Shown: piece after piece, positions 62,417-64,000 of the stretch
How positions within the stretch are numbered: position 1 is the stretch's first letter
Layout: each line of letters begins with the position of its first letter
Assembly (NCBI GenBank): GCA_048128005.1
Contig: JBEUKZ010000131.1
Span: forward strand, 372,001 to 436,000
Length of the DNA: 64,000 nt
Direction of reading: 5' to 3'
From: Veleropilina oligotropha
Taxonomy: Eukaryota
The notes under the pieces: model-generated
What the model was told of the DNA's origin: nothing
Databases searched by the model: none
Seen by the model: only the letters and a program-made list of their open reading frames with translations
Made by a program: the position numbers and the translations under genes

Positions 62417-63540
62417 GTAGGTATCTGTGTCTTCACCTATGGTGACAAATATGATTAATATGAACCGAAAATAGCATTTTTGCAAAATTGTCTTGACCAA
62501 AACCAAGGATGCTTTCTTTTGACGTGCACCAATCATATACATGCGACGTTATGCAATACGATACCAATCCAGGTTGTCACTTTAACCATATCAATTTATA
62601 CTGTTCTCTAAATATGATTTCAATTGTTCTCTGCATTAATTAATATCCTTACAATATCAGAATCTAAGAAAGTGATCAGTACCATGGACATAATGTTATC
62701 TGCACTCGCATTTTTGTTTGTAACGAGAAACTCATGTTGTTTACTACAATGCAACTTTCTGAATGGCGTCAACTGTTCATAACATTTGATCACAATCAAT
62801 CGCTGGACTGGCTACTGTCATACTGTGAACTACACCCCATGATCAGAATAGACTCGGGTACTGAAATAGCTGGTCCAATTGGTAACTCTGGCAGCATGTG
62901 GCCTCTGGTGCAGGGATAAAGTTCAGATGCTGAAACATATGTTTATGTTTCCTGCCTCTAATTATTGATCTATTTGAAACATCTGATCATATCATATTTA
63001 GTCAGCAACCTGCGGATCACGCAGTGGGGGTTCTCTATGGTGGGTAGGCCTCAGATGAGTCGCCTGGGGAACAGGTATTAAGACACTCATGGCATACAGA
63101 GTTAACCTGGATTCCTATGACGCTAAAATGTGTTAAGGATGTAAATATGGCAGTTGTGTAGTGTTCTTTTTTTATCGAAAGTATATACTTGGTAAGTGAT
63201 GAATGCCATGCTAAACAAGATTGTTTTTATTATATTTTATTAATGCATGCAACAGTCTTCCTGCGGTCTTATCCTATGGAATTCACAGCTTGATACTATG
63301 TTCACAGTTATGATTGTCACTATATTGATTGTATATTTATTCACTGGGGATGGCATTCATTATTATGTGGTTTTCACAGGTGCTCTAGGTTTGCATCTGG
63401 AAGAATATGCTACTTATTAACTAGATTGTGCTATCTGTATTTTCAATTTTGCGCATATTATTTTTACATTTGCCAAAACAACAGGACAACTGGATATACC
63501 AGGCTTTTTGTATGTTCATTTAATGACTTGTATCATTCAG

Positions 63541-63667
63541 ATTCACTACCTGAGGATTTCGAGGCACCTTGGTTCACTGACGAGCTCCTCAACATCACCA
63601 TCCTTGAGGGCTGCTCAGTTCGTCTGGAGTGTCGCGTGGCCGGATACCCCCAACCGGAAATACAATG
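63541..63667 (+). CDS. Post-kinase Ig 3, N-terminal half (EAPWF...LECRVAGYPQPEIQW); the gene continues beyond the window
   Basis: ttcAG/ ... TG/GTtaga. Confidence 0.9.
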
Positions 63668-64000
63668 GTTAGAATTGATTTATGAAACATTCATCACTCG
63701 TTGCTAGCATTGTAATAATTTCAAGGAAGTCATTTTTTATGTTATCAAAATGAAACGAATGAAAGTGAGCAACAGGATGTCGTCAAATATTACGTAAACA
63801 TACATTTAAAAATCCATCGGGAAAAAGCAAATTAATTTCTGCCATTTCTTTCCTACTCATTCAGATTGCCTGTCATTAAATTCATCTATAATATATGTTT
63901 TAAACCTAGTAACGTGATTTTTAACAACTAAAGAAACAAATTATTGGATGTTTGCATTATTTTCTTTCTTTGAAAATGCTCATGATATCGTTTAACATGC

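Larger units (their letters stand above)
1..63667 (+). other. Partial multi-exon gene: giant titin/twitchin-family muscle protein (tandem FN3 array, Ig/FN3, MLCK/twitchin-type kinase, Ig tail)
   Basis: About 61 GT-AG exons splice in compatible phases. FN3 signatures (W-x-x-P-x-x-DGG-x-x-x-x-Y, Y-x-F-R-V-x-A-x-N), I-set Ig signatures and complete kinase motifs are present. The Ig-Ig-FN3-kinase-tail-Ig order matches twitchin/projectin/titin C-termini. Confidence 0.93.

Overview
AT-rich, intron-containing animal genomic DNA. The repeat content suggests a lophotrochozoan such as an annelid or mollusc (inference only). The window is the interior of one + strand gene for a giant titin/twitchin-family muscle protein, with no start codon and no final stop in view. 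Reading GT-AG junctions by eye gives about 61 coding exons. At 1-35216 there are at least 41 consecutive fibronectin-type-III (FN3) domains with no Ig domains between them; each is one 300-306 nt phase-1/phase-1 exon, arranged as a 3-domain repeat that becomes a 6-domain super-repeat. A 13-kb intron follows, holding a stop-containing half-FN3 exon (candidate alternative last exon) and an unusual GC-rich hairpin array. Then come FN3-FN3-Ig-Ig-FN3, an apparently intact twitchin/MLCK-type Ser/Thr kinase, a regulatory tail on micro-exons, and at least 3 further Ig domains. Introns contain Helentron/Helitron-type non-autonomous elements, TIR MITEs, a tRNA-derived SINE family, a LINE fragment, long hairpins and minisatellites. 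Coordinates were read manually: exon ends should be close to exact, repeat ends are approximate.
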